Shown here piece after piece: positions 37,762-48,321 of a stretch of DNA of 64,000 nt (position 1 is the stretch's first letter; each line of letters starts with the position of its first letter). The position numbers were made by a program, and so were the translations under genes. The stretch covers positions 27,163 through 91,162 of the forward strand of contig JBEVCI010000010.1 in the NCBI GenBank assembly GCA_040514375.1. Reading direction: 5' to 3'. Under the pieces are notes generated by a model. It did no database searches. It was not told where the DNA came from and saw only the letters and a program-made list of their open reading frames with translations. Origin of the DNA: Thermoprotei archaeon (GTDB lineage: Archaea; Thermoproteota; Thermoprotei_A; Sulfolobales; Desulfurococcaceae).

Positions 37762-39090
37762 GTGAGTATTCGTAGAAGAGTATCTCTAGTATTGCTCATC
37801 TTGATCTCTGCTCTCTTCATGGCTGATCAGAATCTTTTACCGCCAAACTACCAGTTAATTATGAAAGAATTCGGTATTACAGAGTCTCAGATCGGGCTTG
37901 TATCATCGGCTTTCGTTGCTACCAGTGCTCTAATAACCATTCTCTGGGGCTTCCTCTCAGATATCTATACTAGGAAGAAGCTCCTACTAGTAGGTGTATT
38001 AGTTGGAGAAGTCCCCTGTTTCCTCACAGCATTCGTAACGAGTTATTGGCAACTACTATTACTGAGAATCTTCACGGGTATAGGAATAGGTTCTATCATA
38101 CCAATAGCATATACGCTAATTGCCGACCTCTTCGAGGAAGCGAAAAGGGGTAGGGGGTACTCGTATATTGAAGCAAGCTTCGGTGTTGGCACGCTCTTTG
38201 GCATGATATTAGCAGGAATAATTGCTGATTGGAGACCACCATTTATCTATGTCTCAGTTCCAAACTGGTTCCTTGCGCCATTATTCTACGTAGTATTTGA
38301 TGAGCCGAAGAGAGGAGCTGGAGAATCAGCTCTACGAAAACTCTACGAAGCCGGTCTAGAATACCGGTATAGACTCTCATGGGATGCTGTTAAGAAGAGC
38401 TTCAAGACCAAGACAAACATCCTGATCTTTGCACAGGGGATGATCGGGACTGTTCCATGGGGTGTATTACTGTACTGGCTTGTATCCTTCTTTATGGTTA
38501 CACGTGGTATGTCTAAGGATACTGCGACAATGGTGTTACTAGTACTTGGTATAACATCTATACTTGGTTCGCTTTTAGGAGGTATTCTCGGCGATATTGC
38601 TGAAAAGCGAAAACGCGGTGGGAGAGCAATACTAACGGGTTTAGCGATCTTTATAGGCATGATCGCCTCGATCTACCTCTTACTATATCCCCTACCAAGC
38701 GAGCTAGGACTATGGGACTGGGTATTCATAGTACTATATAGCCTAGCACTCATCCAGTTTGTGAGTTACGCCGGTCCTAACGTAAGAGCAATTATATCAC
38801 AGGTAAACCTGCCAGAGGATCGTGGAACTGTGTTTGGAGTATTTAACATTATGGATAATATTGGTAAAGCGATAGGGCCTTTCCTAGGAGGCGTGCTCAT
38901 CGAGTATTTAAAGAGTATAGGATATAGTGAGCCATCTGCTTATCAATGGGCGTTGATCATCGCGTGTCTTACGTGGATTCCATGTGCACTGGTATGGTTG
39001 TGGATATATAAGCAATACCCCGTTGATAGAGATGAAATCGAGAATATCTTAAGGGAGAGAGCAGAAAAACTACTGGGTAGAACCGAGTAG
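37762..39090 (+). CDS. MFS transporter
   Basis: 12 TM helices and a GFLSDIYTRKK loop 2-3 motif. Confidence 0.8.
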   Translation: MSIRRRVSLVLLILISALFMADQNLLPPNYQLIMKEFGITESQIGLVSSAFVATSALITILWGFLSDIYTRKKLLLVGVLVGEVPCFLTAFVTSYWQLLLLRIFTGIGIGSIIPIAYTLIADLFEEAKRGRGYSYIEASFGVGTLFGMILAGIIADWRPPFIYVSVPNWFLAPLFYVVFDEPKRGAGESALRKLYEAGLEYRYRLSWDAVKKSFKTKTNILIFAQGMIGTVPWGVLLYWLVSFFMVTRGMSKDTATMVLLVLGITSILGSLLGGILGDIAEKRKRGGRAILTGLAIFIGMIASIYLLLYPLPSELGLWDWVFIVLYSLALIQFVSYAGPNVRAIISQVNLPEDRGTVFGVFNIMDNIGKAIGPFLGGVLIEYLKSIGYSEPSAYQWALIIACLTWIPCALVWLWIYKQYPVDRDEIENILRERAEKLLGRTE

Positions 39091-40362
39091 TCTTCTATAC
39101 GAGTCGTTTTCGCCATACTTCCCTAGTAGCTCATCACTTATAGTATGTGTCTTCGCGATCTCCCCGTATATGTACGCGCTTTTTCTGGGTTTTCTCTCGA
39201 ATGTGTTGTAGTCTACCTCTACTAGTCCAAAGCGCTGTTCAAATCCTTTATCCCATTCATAGTTATCGATGAAACTCCAGTAATAGTAGCCCTCTACGGG
39301 GATTTTCTCACTAATTGCTTTGTATACGTATTGTAGATGCCTAATAATAGACAGTATTCTCAGTTCATCATCGTCAACCGATACACCATTCTCTGTAATG
39401 ATTACCCGCTTACCAGTTTCTCTATAGGCTGCTTCCAAAACCTCGTATATACCTCTCGGGTAGATACAATAACCCATCTTAGTCCACAGACCCGTATCTA
39501 GGGGCTTGATATCTACAAAGAACTTGAATGGATTCCACGAGTGCTTAACAACCCACGCAGAGTAGTAGTTAATACCCATAAAGTCTAGATCACTACTAAC
39601 TACTCTATACTTTTTCCCAAATACCTCCATTGTACCCTTGAGTATTCCCTCGGGAAAAGCCCAGTTATAGAACTTGTCTACCTGTCTTGTTTTCTCTATA
39701 TCGCGTGTTTTGTTAGAATAGGGTTTAAACGGGATCATGTTATGAGCTATACCAACTTTAACGCCTCTCCTATGGAGTATACTATACGCTTCTGCATGAG
39801 CTTCTACGAGGTTCTTCAGAGCCTCAACTCCCTTATTTAAACCCTTATACCTGGGTGGCCACACTCCCTGGATAAAACCCATTAGCGTATATACATTTGC
39901 TTCATTGAATGTGATCCAGTACTCTACCCCCCTAAGACTATCAACTACTACTTCAACAAATTTCGTAAAATACCTAATGTTTTCCCTCTTAAGCCAAGAA
40001 CCCCTTCTATTAAACCATACCGGGTTAGTGAAGTGGTGAAGAGTTATCATAGGCTTAATATTATGCTTATGTAGCAACTCCACTATCTCACCGTACCTGT
40101 TGAGCGCATTCTCGTCTATCTTGTCCTCTTCGGGGAAAACCCTGCTCCACTCTATTGAGAATCTATATGCTTCATACCCGAGCTTAGCCATGAGCTCTAT
40201 ATCTTCTCGATAGAGTTTCCAGTGATTAGCCGCTTTACCAGACTTATACGGTAGCTTACCCGTAATCTCCCATTCCCACCAGTCATTATACTTGTTATCT
40301 CCCTCAATCTGGTGAGCAGACGTAGATGTTCCAAAAACAAACTCCTTGGGAAAAACAAGCAA
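39070..40362 (-). CDS. GH1 beta-glycosidase (beta-glucosidase/galactosidase)
   Basis: FGTSTSAHQIEG, TFNEANVY (acid/base Glu) and ITENGVS (nucleophile Glu). Confidence 0.9.
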   Translation of the reverse strand: MLVFPKEFVFGTSTSAHQIEGDNKYNDWWEWEITGKLPYKSGKAANHWKLYREDIELMAKLGYEAYRFSIEWSRVFPEEDKIDENALNRYGEIVELLHKHNIKPMITLHHFTNPVWFNRRGSWLKRENIRYFTKFVEVVVDSLRGVEYWITFNEANVYTLMGFIQGVWPPRYKGLNKGVEALKNLVEAHAEAYSILHRRGVKVGIAHNMIPFKPYSNKTRDIEKTRQVDKFYNWAFPEGILKGTMEVFGKKYRVVSSDLDFMGINYYSAWVVKHSWNPFKFFVDIKPLDTGLWTKMGYCIYPRGIYEVLEAAYRETGKRVIITENGVSVDDDELRILSIIRHLQYVYKAISEKIPVEGYYYWSFIDNYEWDKGFEQRFGLVEVDYNTFERKPRKSAYIYGEIAKTHTISDELLGKYGENDSYRRLLGSTQ

Positions 40363-40522
40363 TACTATACACCCCCCTACACAATAATAGTACGATCCTG
40401 TGGAAAGCTTATTTTACATTATCGCGGACTCCGCCATAGCTATTTCTAATTGCAACACAGAGTGTTTAGACTCGTGTCAAAATATGAAAGGAGGATCAGG
40501 CAATCAGATAATCCATATCTAT

Positions 40523-41773
40523 TCAGGTTTTCCCAGCATTTCTTATCAATGCTAGTAGTATTAGTGTTGAGAGAACAGCTACTACTAGTATAGCTGGTAC
40601 GCCTAGCATTATGTATAGTAGCCCGGATGTCAGCGACCCCATGAATCCGCTGATCTCGTTTACTAATGAGTAGTAACCCGTCTTATACCCGTAGGTAGAT
40701 TCTATGTAGAGGCTATAGAGAAGCGTGTCTAGCAATGTATTTGTGAACAGGATGGGAACTAGTAGTAAAACCGCGTGTACTTCAGTACTTGCTAATAAAT
40801 ACATAATTATTGCTGCGGCTAGCCTAGTGAATAGTGTAACCACGTAATATCCTTTAGCGGCTCCTCTGTAGGGTACTAGTATTAGGAGTAGAGGAGCTAG
40901 TAGCTTTGCCAGACCATATACTAATATGACTCCGTTTATGGATAAGTATAGGTGGTTTAAGAGATAGTAGGGTAGTGGTGTTAACAAATACTCGTTACTA
41001 ATTCTGAGAAACACAAGCGCTATTATTACTAGCCCGGTACTGACCTTATAACCACTTACTACCCGTGTAGCTATACTGAGTTTATCAGGTATCGTGATCG
41101 AGTAGTAATCGAGCGCTAGTAGTGCTCTAACTGGTAATAGCATTCGTGTCAAGCTCTTCTCGATCCTATACATGATCCTCTCAATCATGAATACAGGCTG
41201 CGGCGTAACGATAAAAGCCAGTATACCGATTAGTGTAGCAAGTACTGCTAGTAGAGAATAGTTGGCTAGTAAGTTAGAGAAACCAGTTAGAGATATCCCA
41301 GTTAGGAATAATCCCTCAATTATGAGAACCAATACTAGAAATCCCCTATTAGCACGGCTCCAAACACTACTATCGTATCCCTCGAGTATCGATGTTAGAG
41401 CTGATACTCTAATACACGATACTGCTACTGCATGTAGTGCATAGGAAGTGTAGAGTAGTGGTTTAATCCCGCTATTCAGGGCTATCCCGAATAGTATTAG
41501 TGATGGTATTAGCGCTAGTATCGACGATAGTGAATTAGCTCGGAAAGCACCACGATCAGCAGTATGCGTAGCCATTCTTATAGAAAACGCGTATATTAGT
41601 GTCCACATAGCATTAAATACTCCAAGCTCTACGACTGTAAAACCAAAAACAACTAAACCAGAGACGTTATAGACTAGATCAAGTACTCCAAGCAACGCTA
41701 TATAAACAGCGAATACTAAAAGCCACAACTTGGTAAAACCCTCTAATCTCTTATAGTTATTTCTACAACACAC
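40523..41773 (-). CDS. polytopic membrane protein (MFS-like topology), function unknown
   Basis: 416 aa with about 12 hydrophobic segments. No diagnostic motif recognised. Confidence 0.5.
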   Translation of the reverse strand: MCCRNNYKRLEGFTKLWLLVFAVYIALLGVLDLVYNVSGLVVFGFTVVELGVFNAMWTLIYAFSIRMATHTADRGAFRANSLSSILALIPSLILFGIALNSGIKPLLYTSYALHAVAVSCIRVSALTSILEGYDSSVWSRANRGFLVLVLIIEGLFLTGISLTGFSNLLANYSLLAVLATLIGILAFIVTPQPVFMIERIMYRIEKSLTRMLLPVRALLALDYYSITIPDKLSIATRVVSGYKVSTGLVIIALVFLRISNEYLLTPLPYYLLNHLYLSINGVILVYGLAKLLAPLLLILVPYRGAAKGYYVVTLFTRLAAAIIMYLLASTEVHAVLLLVPILFTNTLLDTLLYSLYIESTYGYKTGYYSLVNEISGFMGSLTSGLLYIMLGVPAILVVAVLSTLILLALIRNAGKT

Positions 41774-41910
41774 ATTACTGGAGACGAGGGTTTAAGAAGA
41801 AGAGGGGCCGCGTACTAGGATCGCTTCTGGTATCTTGATCCGGGTGATGCAACGTATTTAGTTCTCTATTCATATTATTGCTAGACGTAACAAGGCTCTC
41901 AGTGTATAGT

Positions 41911-42444
41911 ATGAGCAAGCGAGTTGTCTATACACTGGGTTATGGTGGTAGGAGTTTAGAGGAGTTTATCGGGCTGATTAGAGGATACCGTATTGAGCGC
42001 GTTGTCGATGTTCGTAGATGGGTTAAGAGCCTGAAGTTTCCCGAGTATTCCGGCAAGAATTTGTCGTATAAGCTTATGAGTATGGGGATAGACTATATGT
42101 GGATACCAGAACTAGGTGGTTATCGCCGCTTCAGCGTTGATGTCAGAGACTATGGAATAGCTACTTGTTTTAAATCACAGGGTTTTAGAGCATATGCAAC
42201 ATACATAACTAGATCTCCCAGTGCAAAACCCCATCTCGAGAAACTAGTTAGACTAGTTAGTGAAAAAACTAGTGTGCTCGTCTGTCGCGAGAGAATACCG
42301 TGGAGATGCCATAGAAAAATACTATCAGACTACCTAGTAGCTAAGGGATTTAAAGTAATCCATATACTAGACCCTGGCAAAACCGTTGAACACAAGCTCA
42401 GCAAATGCGCTATAGTAGTAGATGGAGAACTAGACTATAAATAG
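41911..42444 (+). CDS. DUF488-family protein
   Basis: VYTLGYGGRSLEEFIGLI...VVDVRR ... CRERIPWRCHR is the DUF488 signature. ATG 41911 is preferred over TTG 41878. Confidence 0.7.
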   Translation: MSKRVVYTLGYGGRSLEEFIGLIRGYRIERVVDVRRWVKSLKFPEYSGKNLSYKLMSMGIDYMWIPELGGYRRFSVDVRDYGIATCFKSQGFRAYATYITRSPSAKPHLEKLVRLVSEKTSVLVCRERIPWRCHRKILSDYLVAKGFKVIHILDPGKTVEHKLSKCAIVVDGELDYK

Positions 42445-42907
42445 TACCTAAGTACCAGAGATCAGAGATGGGACTCTTCATCATCAATACAGCAACCTAC
42501 CCTCTCATCACCACTATCCTAATACACCAAGTAGCCCCCTTTTCTACTTAATAGAAGTAGTGTTTTACCAGAATACTACCGGCTGCTACTGAGTATACTA
42601 TGCAGAGAACAGCTCCTAAGGTATAGCTGAGTTAACGGATAGTAATTATCGAACAATACTTTGAGACCTAACCATACGAGTTATCAAGTAACAAATAAAC
42701 ATATCTTAGATCATCCAAGAATAGATATCTATGCATGTTAGAGCATGGATCTAATGTTACGTACATTGCAGCCTATGTTTAATTCTATACAGCAGCTTAA
42801 TACGGGTTTTGGAGTCCGGAGACAGTGATTCCAGGTCCTAATCTCAAGCAAGTTACTACATAGTATTGTGTTATCGTCTGTTTCGGGATAAAATAGAGTA
42901 AGCGATT

Positions 42908-43282
42908 TCAAGTAGAGCGTTTGTGTAGGATCTGCCTAACAGCATTTAGGAATTTTTCTAGTGATGGATCTCGTAGGGGTTGTACTTTTTCTCCTAGATG
43001 TTTGTGATGCGGGTGTGTTTGGATCTCTGGGTGATGAGGCCTATTATCCCACCATTCCTCATGATCATAAGCTCTCAAGTAGTAACCATAAGCCACAAGA
43101 CTGTCTCTTTGCCAATACTCACGTATTGCCACTACTGTATTACCGTGAGGAATATTTATTTTTACGTTTAAATACTCTACATCTCCTTCATTAGCAACAT
43201 AATGTTCGACAACTCTAACCACAGGATTATATTCGCCTAAAAGCCTATTGATTAGATCTAACACACGGTATAACTTCGTCAA
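42908..43282 (-). CDS. DUF6516/TumE-like putative toxin
   Basis: WWDNRPHHPEIQTHPHHKHLGEKV matches my recollection of the DNxPHHP...PHHKH core of that family. Confidence 0.5.
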   Translation of the reverse strand: MTKLYRVLDLINRLLGEYNPVVRVVEHYVANEGDVEYLNVKINIPHGNTVVAIREYWQRDSLVAYGYYLRAYDHEEWWDNRPHHPEIQTHPHHKHLGEKVQPLRDPSLEKFLNAVRQILHKRST

Positions 43283-43288
43283 ACCTCT

Positions 43289-43615
43289 TTATCCCTTAAG
43301 CATTGCTAGTACACGTTTTTTCCTCTCTTCTAGCTCTCTAAGTCTTCTCTTCAAATAGAGATATTCTGGCCAGAGAAGGTCTACCTCCGGGTTATCAATG
43401 CCTCTACTGGTAAGCAGTTTTTCTAGCTCCTTCCAGTTCTCGACACCTAGCCTTACAGCTATTCTCTGAAGCCTAGCTTCGATTACTGCAGCCTCTCTAT
43501 TAATCCTCCTTAACATGACCTCTAGGCTCTCACGTACAATCGACTCCAAGATCCAGTCACCAACATGTAGATAAACATTGACAAAATCAGTTAAAACATT
43601 GATGGAGACACTCAT
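43289..43615 (-). CDS. small helical protein, putative cognate partner of the TumE-like gene
   Basis: 108 aa, 6-nt gap to the downstream gene, C-terminal coiled coil LKRRLRELEERKKRVLAMLKG. No recognisable DNA-binding motif. Confidence 0.4.
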   Translation of the reverse strand: MSVSINVLTDFVNVYLHVGDWILESIVRESLEVMLRRINREAAVIEARLQRIAVRLGVENWKELEKLLTSRGIDNPEVDLLWPEYLYLKRRLRELEERKKRVLAMLKG

Positions 43616-43701
43616 AGTAAGAACTTTGAAACAGCTTCAATCTAGTTCACAATTAACATGATAGATGCTCTCCCAAGTATAAGTTATACGACTACTGTTT
43701 T

Positions 43702-44905
43702 CTAAGCTAGGCTTACTAGATATGGTAGTGTGGGTTTTATTGTTGCTAGGAATCCCCCGATTGCTGGTGAGAACAAAGCTATTAGTTTTCTATAGCTTGA
43801 TAGCGCTGATAGTATTCTACTTGCTTTCTCCTTGGGTATCTTGCTGAAAATCCATGATCTATAGAATGGAAATGCTAGTACATCGCCGAATCTAGCCATG
43901 AGATACGACAATACTACAGTGATGAATGGCGGATTCATATACATTATTAGAGCCCATAGTGAGATCAATACATAGCCTATAGAAATTGCTTCAAATCTGT
44001 GGCTTCGACCTATTCTCTCAGAAACATATGTAGCCGCTATAGCTCCTACGGATATTGCTGCTTCAACAACCATGGCCTCAAACAGTGTTAGGCCAAGAAC
44101 ATTGACTATGTAGTTCAGTAATACGATCTCGGGTGCCATAGACCACGCGAGAGTTATTAAGGCCTCAATTAGCAGTATTAATTTAAACTCTTTATCTATC
44201 CTAAATACGAGCTTCTCAACACCGATCCTCTCCTCAACATCTAGTCTGGGTAAGAATCTTAGCAGATATATAATAGTAAACACGGATGTTAAGCCAAAAC
44301 GCTATGAAGCCTAATCTATAATGATGTGGAGTATCGAATACATAGCCAAACAAATATCCTAGTACTAGGAATCCTATGAGCTGGCTCAGCTCCGGTAGCC
44401 TCATATGCCATGCAAACACTTCTTCCATCCTATCCTCGGGATATAGGATCCTCTCAGCTGCCTGGTAAAGTGGATAGAATATCCTCGTTATATCCTCTAT
44501 GAACAATCCCAGAAACAGCATCAACGGCGCTATGGGTCCATAAGCTGAACCGTAGAGTATTGATGAAGCCCCTTCAAGAGCATCTATGAGTACTAGGCCG
44601 TGTCTAATAGCGATCCTATCAAATAACTTCCCAACAATATACGTTGCTGGTATAGAGAGTATGTGTACAAGTGTAAAGATAATACCGACTTCCAATACAC
44701 TATAGCCCGTCATAAACATATACATGGGTAGCATATACCAAGTAATTAACAACGGTGACACAATAGTATGATAAACAATGTAGCGACGAGCCCCTATGGG
44801 GATCTCGTGCCACCTCACGATTCTCCACCTAGCACCGTTGCTAACGTTACTCATACCGGATATCGCGCTGGCTACAGAGACATAATTAAATAGGTACACA
44901 ACCAC
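43702..44905 (-). pseudogene. MFS transporter split by a single frameshift
   Basis: The N-terminal six-TM half (44234..44905) and C-terminal six-TM half (43702..44283) overlap by 50 nt in different frames. The shift lies in the central-loop region around tttactattatatat (about 44270-44290). Confidence 0.55.
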
Positions 44906-44962
44906 TATATATCATGTTATAGAATCAAGTATTGAAAGTAAAATACTGGGGGTTAAATCTAT

Positions 44963-45760
44963 ATGTTGAAGAATCTAAGGGAATTATGTTATACAGTATA
45001 CAGGTCTATTATTTCACTATATCGTCGTAATCCCTTCGATCACGCCTATCTACTCTACGATCTCCTATACCAACTGGATAATACAGACTTATACATGGAT
45101 ATAGATGATGAAGATAAGATTAAGGCATATATGCTGATATGGAGTGGACCCCGCTATTTTGCTGTTCACTTATGGGGTTACAGTAGTCTCTTCGAACAAG
45201 TTCTCGAAGAAATAATCGCTAGGGGGGAAAAGACTGTTATACAACTATATTATTCCCGGTATTTAGACGAGATCACCGATTTGCTGAAGAAATTAGGTAT
45301 TAGGTTCAGAGTCGAGACTTATCTTGACATGCTTGTTGATGAGGAACATTATAAGCCTTATAATCCGCATGAGGCTGTAAGACTCGATCCTAAACAGCAT
45401 GTAGATCAATTTATCGAGTTGAAGAAATCTCAGGGGGTTAGGATGAGTAGAGAATATGCAGAAGAGATCATCAGGAAAAACAGGTACTATGGAGTTTTCA
45501 GAGATTCGAAACTTGTTGCGGTTGCGGGTAGATATATAGCATTACCTGAGGTATGGGTTATAGGTGATGTCTTCACCCATCCCGAGTACCGGGGTCTCGG
45601 TTACGGAAAAATAGTTACGTCAGCAATAACTAGAGACGCAATTACCTCTGGTGCATATGCGTATCTTCACGTTAACAAGGAGAACACCATCGCTGTAAAA
45701 GTCTATGAAAAACTAGGATACGTTGTTCTAAGAGAAAGACCATGGATCTTCGTTAATTAG
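44963..45760 (+). CDS. GNAT-family N-acetyltransferase
   Basis: The C-terminal domain carries HPEYRGLGYGKIVTSAI (motif A). Confidence 0.7.
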   Translation: MLKNLRELCYTVYRSIISLYRRNPFDHAYLLYDLLYQLDNTDLYMDIDDEDKIKAYMLIWSGPRYFAVHLWGYSSLFEQVLEEIIARGEKTVIQLYYSRYLDEITDLLKKLGIRFRVETYLDMLVDEEHYKPYNPHEAVRLDPKQHVDQFIELKKSQGVRMSREYAEEIIRKNRYYGVFRDSKLVAVAGRYIALPEVWVIGDVFTHPEYRGLGYGKIVTSAITRDAITSGAYAYLHVNKENTIAVKVYEKLGYVVLRERPWIFVN

Positions 45761-45873
45761 ATCTCCTATGATTATTCTTGCTTAGTCTATGGGAATAACT
45801 GTTAATACATGCATATACAAGCTTTTCGGATATTGTGTTTTAGCTATCAATCATATATTGGAGTTTTGACGTG

Positions 45874-46881
45874 TCATCTCCTGTCCCATTCCTTGAATTG
45901 ATCCCATACACTTATTAGATCGTCGACAACCTGGTCTCCTAGGTATAGGTGTGGAGGCTTATCCTCGACGCGACCAATTATTTGAGCTGGTACTTCTAGT
46001 TTTAACAGGTACTCGTATATTGTTTCAGCGTGTTGAGGTGAAACAATAGCTACTACGCCATACTCTTCCCCGCCATTGAGTATGTGTTTCCATATACAGT
46101 TCTCGCTATCACATATCTTGTCTAGTTCTCCGTGATACCGTGGTTTCTCAGTCAATACTATTCCCTTACCCATTCTACGAGCTAGCTCTAACAGAGTATA
46201 TCCAAGTCCATCACTAACATCCATTGAAGCATGTACGGATTTATAATAAGATGAGAGAACTACAGCTGTTTCTACGTAGGGCTTAGGTCTACGCGTAGCT
46301 TCTACAACCCATTTCTCTTTCGCTGCGTCTTCAATGCCTCTTAATACCACGTATCCCATAGCACCATACACACCAGTAACTATGACTAGATCGCCGGGTT
46401 TACCACAACACCTACCAGGTGGTTTCTTAGCAGATGTATATCCTATTACAGCAACACTAACCCAGGGTTCGCGGGATTCATTGAGATCTCCTCCGAGTAG
46501 TCTCAGGTTATAATACTGAATAGCTTCTCTAACGCCATTCATAAAATCTATGAGATCATCTACTGGGGTATCTCGTGGTAATCCAAGCGATATGACGACA
46601 TCGCGTGGTATACCGGTTTTAGCTATGTGATCACTGATAGCACCGACAATAGAGCACCAGCCGAGATCACTCATTCCTCTCCACGGTAACTTTGCTTTCT
46701 CGAGTGAATACCCGTCAATACTAAATAGGATGCGTGGACCAGCTGGTAGTATATCACGTGCATCATCCAGTGGTTCTAGGTGTTCTTCCCACGAGGGGCT
46801 GGTAATGTACTTAGCAATTATTTCTTCGATAATCTTCTTTTCCCCGAGATCTCCTAGTTTCAAGGTATTATAACACCACAT
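45874..46881 (-). CDS. thiL: thiamine-monophosphate kinase (AIR-synthase-like fold)
   Basis: LGEKKIIEEII ... DDA ... LLGGDLN ... DVSDGL blocks are typical of ThiL. Confidence 0.7.
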   Translation of the reverse strand: MWCYNTLKLGDLGEKKIIEEIIAKYITSPSWEEHLEPLDDARDILPAGPRILFSIDGYSLEKAKLPWRGMSDLGWCSIVGAISDHIAKTGIPRDVVISLGLPRDTPVDDLIDFMNGVREAIQYYNLRLLGGDLNESREPWVSVAVIGYTSAKKPPGRCCGKPGDLVIVTGVYGAMGYVVLRGIEDAAKEKWVVEATRRPKPYVETAVVLSSYYKSVHASMDVSDGLGYTLLELARRMGKGIVLTEKPRYHGELDKICDSENCIWKHILNGGEEYGVVAIVSPQHAETIYEYLLKLEVPAQIIGRVEDKPPHLYLGDQVVDDLISVWDQFKEWDRR

Positions 46882-46926
46882 AGAGAAATAGTATTATGTG
46901 AGGTTAAAACGCTGTGGTGTTTACTC

Positions 46927-47277
46927 ATGCAGCCTCGTATAAATAGCTATAGATTTGGATACATTGTTGTAGATAAAGAAGAGTATACTCGTGACTTAAT
47001 AATCACGCCAAGCGATGTAAAGCCTAATTGGTGGAGAATAGAAGGTCATAGACTACAACTAGATGATATACGTGAGTACCTAGATATTGATGTAGACGCA
47101 GTCGTTATAGGTACTGGTTACGATGGCTTAATGCGTGTTGACGAAGAAGTTATTGAGCACTATAGGAAGCGTGGAATAGAAGTATATGTATCTAATACGC
47201 GTGAAGCAGTAAATAAGTATAACGAGTTAGTTGAGAAGGGAAAGCGCGTACTCGGAATGTTTCACCTGACCTGTTAA
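46927..47277 (+). CDS. Mth938-domain (DUF498) protein
   Basis: 116 aa. INSYRFGYIVVDKEEYTRDLII ... VVIGTG pattern. Confidence 0.6.
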   Translation: MQPRINSYRFGYIVVDKEEYTRDLIITPSDVKPNWWRIEGHRLQLDDIREYLDIDVDAVVIGTGYDGLMRVDEEVIEHYRKRGIEVYVSNTREAVNKYNELVEKGKRVLGMFHLTC

Positions 47278-47426
47278 CACCAAGGAGATACCGCTAGAAT
47301 ATCTCTCCAAGAATATTACAGAGCTTCTATATAGACATACCTATAAGTAGTAAATATAGCTACTATACTATTGATGAGCAGGGAGAATACAAATATTTTC
47401 TATAAAAATCTATTGGAGGGGTTCTT

Positions 47427-47837
47427 TTGAGAAATGAGGCATTACGATGGCTTGGTGAGGCAGAGTGGGATTACGAAACAGCATTAATTCTTCATCGAGA
47501 GAAGAGATATAATGCATCTGCATTCTATGCTCATCAAGCAGCTGAGAAAGCTGTTAAAGCACTGCTTTATAGTATAAACGAAGCACCGTGGGGTCATAGT
47601 ATAAGAGTTTTATTAGAGAGATATTTTAAAGCAAGTGGCAAGGATATTGATGAGAAGCTTTTAAGCTATGCTAGAGAATTGGATAGACACTACATACCAT
47701 CAAGATATCCAAACGCGCATCCTGAGGGTACACCGCATGAAGCATATGATGAGGAAACTTCTCGAAGAGCTCTTCAAGCCGCGAAAACTATACTCGATTT
47801 TGTAAAGGAAATAATTAGTGAGAAAAGAGGGACTTAG
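47427..47837 (+). CDS. HEPN-domain protein
   Basis: A four-helix profile with AFYAHQAAEKAVKALL and the RxxxH-like region ELDRHYIPSRY. TTG start preceded by GGAGGGG. Confidence 0.75.
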   Translation: MRNEALRWLGEAEWDYETALILHREKRYNASAFYAHQAAEKAVKALLYSINEAPWGHSIRVLLERYFKASGKDIDEKLLSYARELDRHYIPSRYPNAHPEGTPHEAYDEETSRRALQAAKTILDFVKEIISEKRGT

Positions 47838-48247
47838 TGCTTATGAGATATAAGGAGCTGGATAGGATAGTAGAGGTTTTGAAATCAAGGTTTAGAGTTA
47901 GAGCCGTTATCTTATTTGGTTCTAGAGCTCGTGGAGATTGGGGTCCTTGGAGTGATTATGACTTATTAATTATTGGCGACTTTAAAGAAAAATATCTTGA
48001 TAGAATTAAAAACATACTTGATACATTGAAGGATACTCCATTACCTATAGAGCCTCACCCTTATACTCTTAGTGAAGCAGTAAATATGCTTAGAAGGGGT
48101 AATCCATTAATAATTGATGCCTTAGAAGAAGGCGTTGTGCTCTATGACCGGGGTAACACAGTAAGGGTTCTGAAAGAAATACTCGAGGAATTGAAGAAGA
48201 GAGGCTTAAGGAGAACAAATACTTCAATAATTGTTCCTAAGCTATAG
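47837..48247 (+). CDS. minimal nucleotidyltransferase (MNT) partner of the HEPN protein
   Basis: VILFGSRARGD...DYDLLII (GSxxRG ... DxD) motif. The start overlaps the HEPN stop. Confidence 0.8.
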   Translation: MLMRYKELDRIVEVLKSRFRVRAVILFGSRARGDWGPWSDYDLLIIGDFKEKYLDRIKNILDTLKDTPLPIEPHPYTLSEAVNMLRRGNPLIIDALEEGVVLYDRGNTVRVLKEILEELKKRGLRRTNTSIIVPKL

Positions 48248-48321
48248 CGTTAAGAAAATACACATAAGTAGCTCAACACAAGTTTCCCTAGTTTATCCCA
48301 TATGTAGTAATTACTTAGTGC

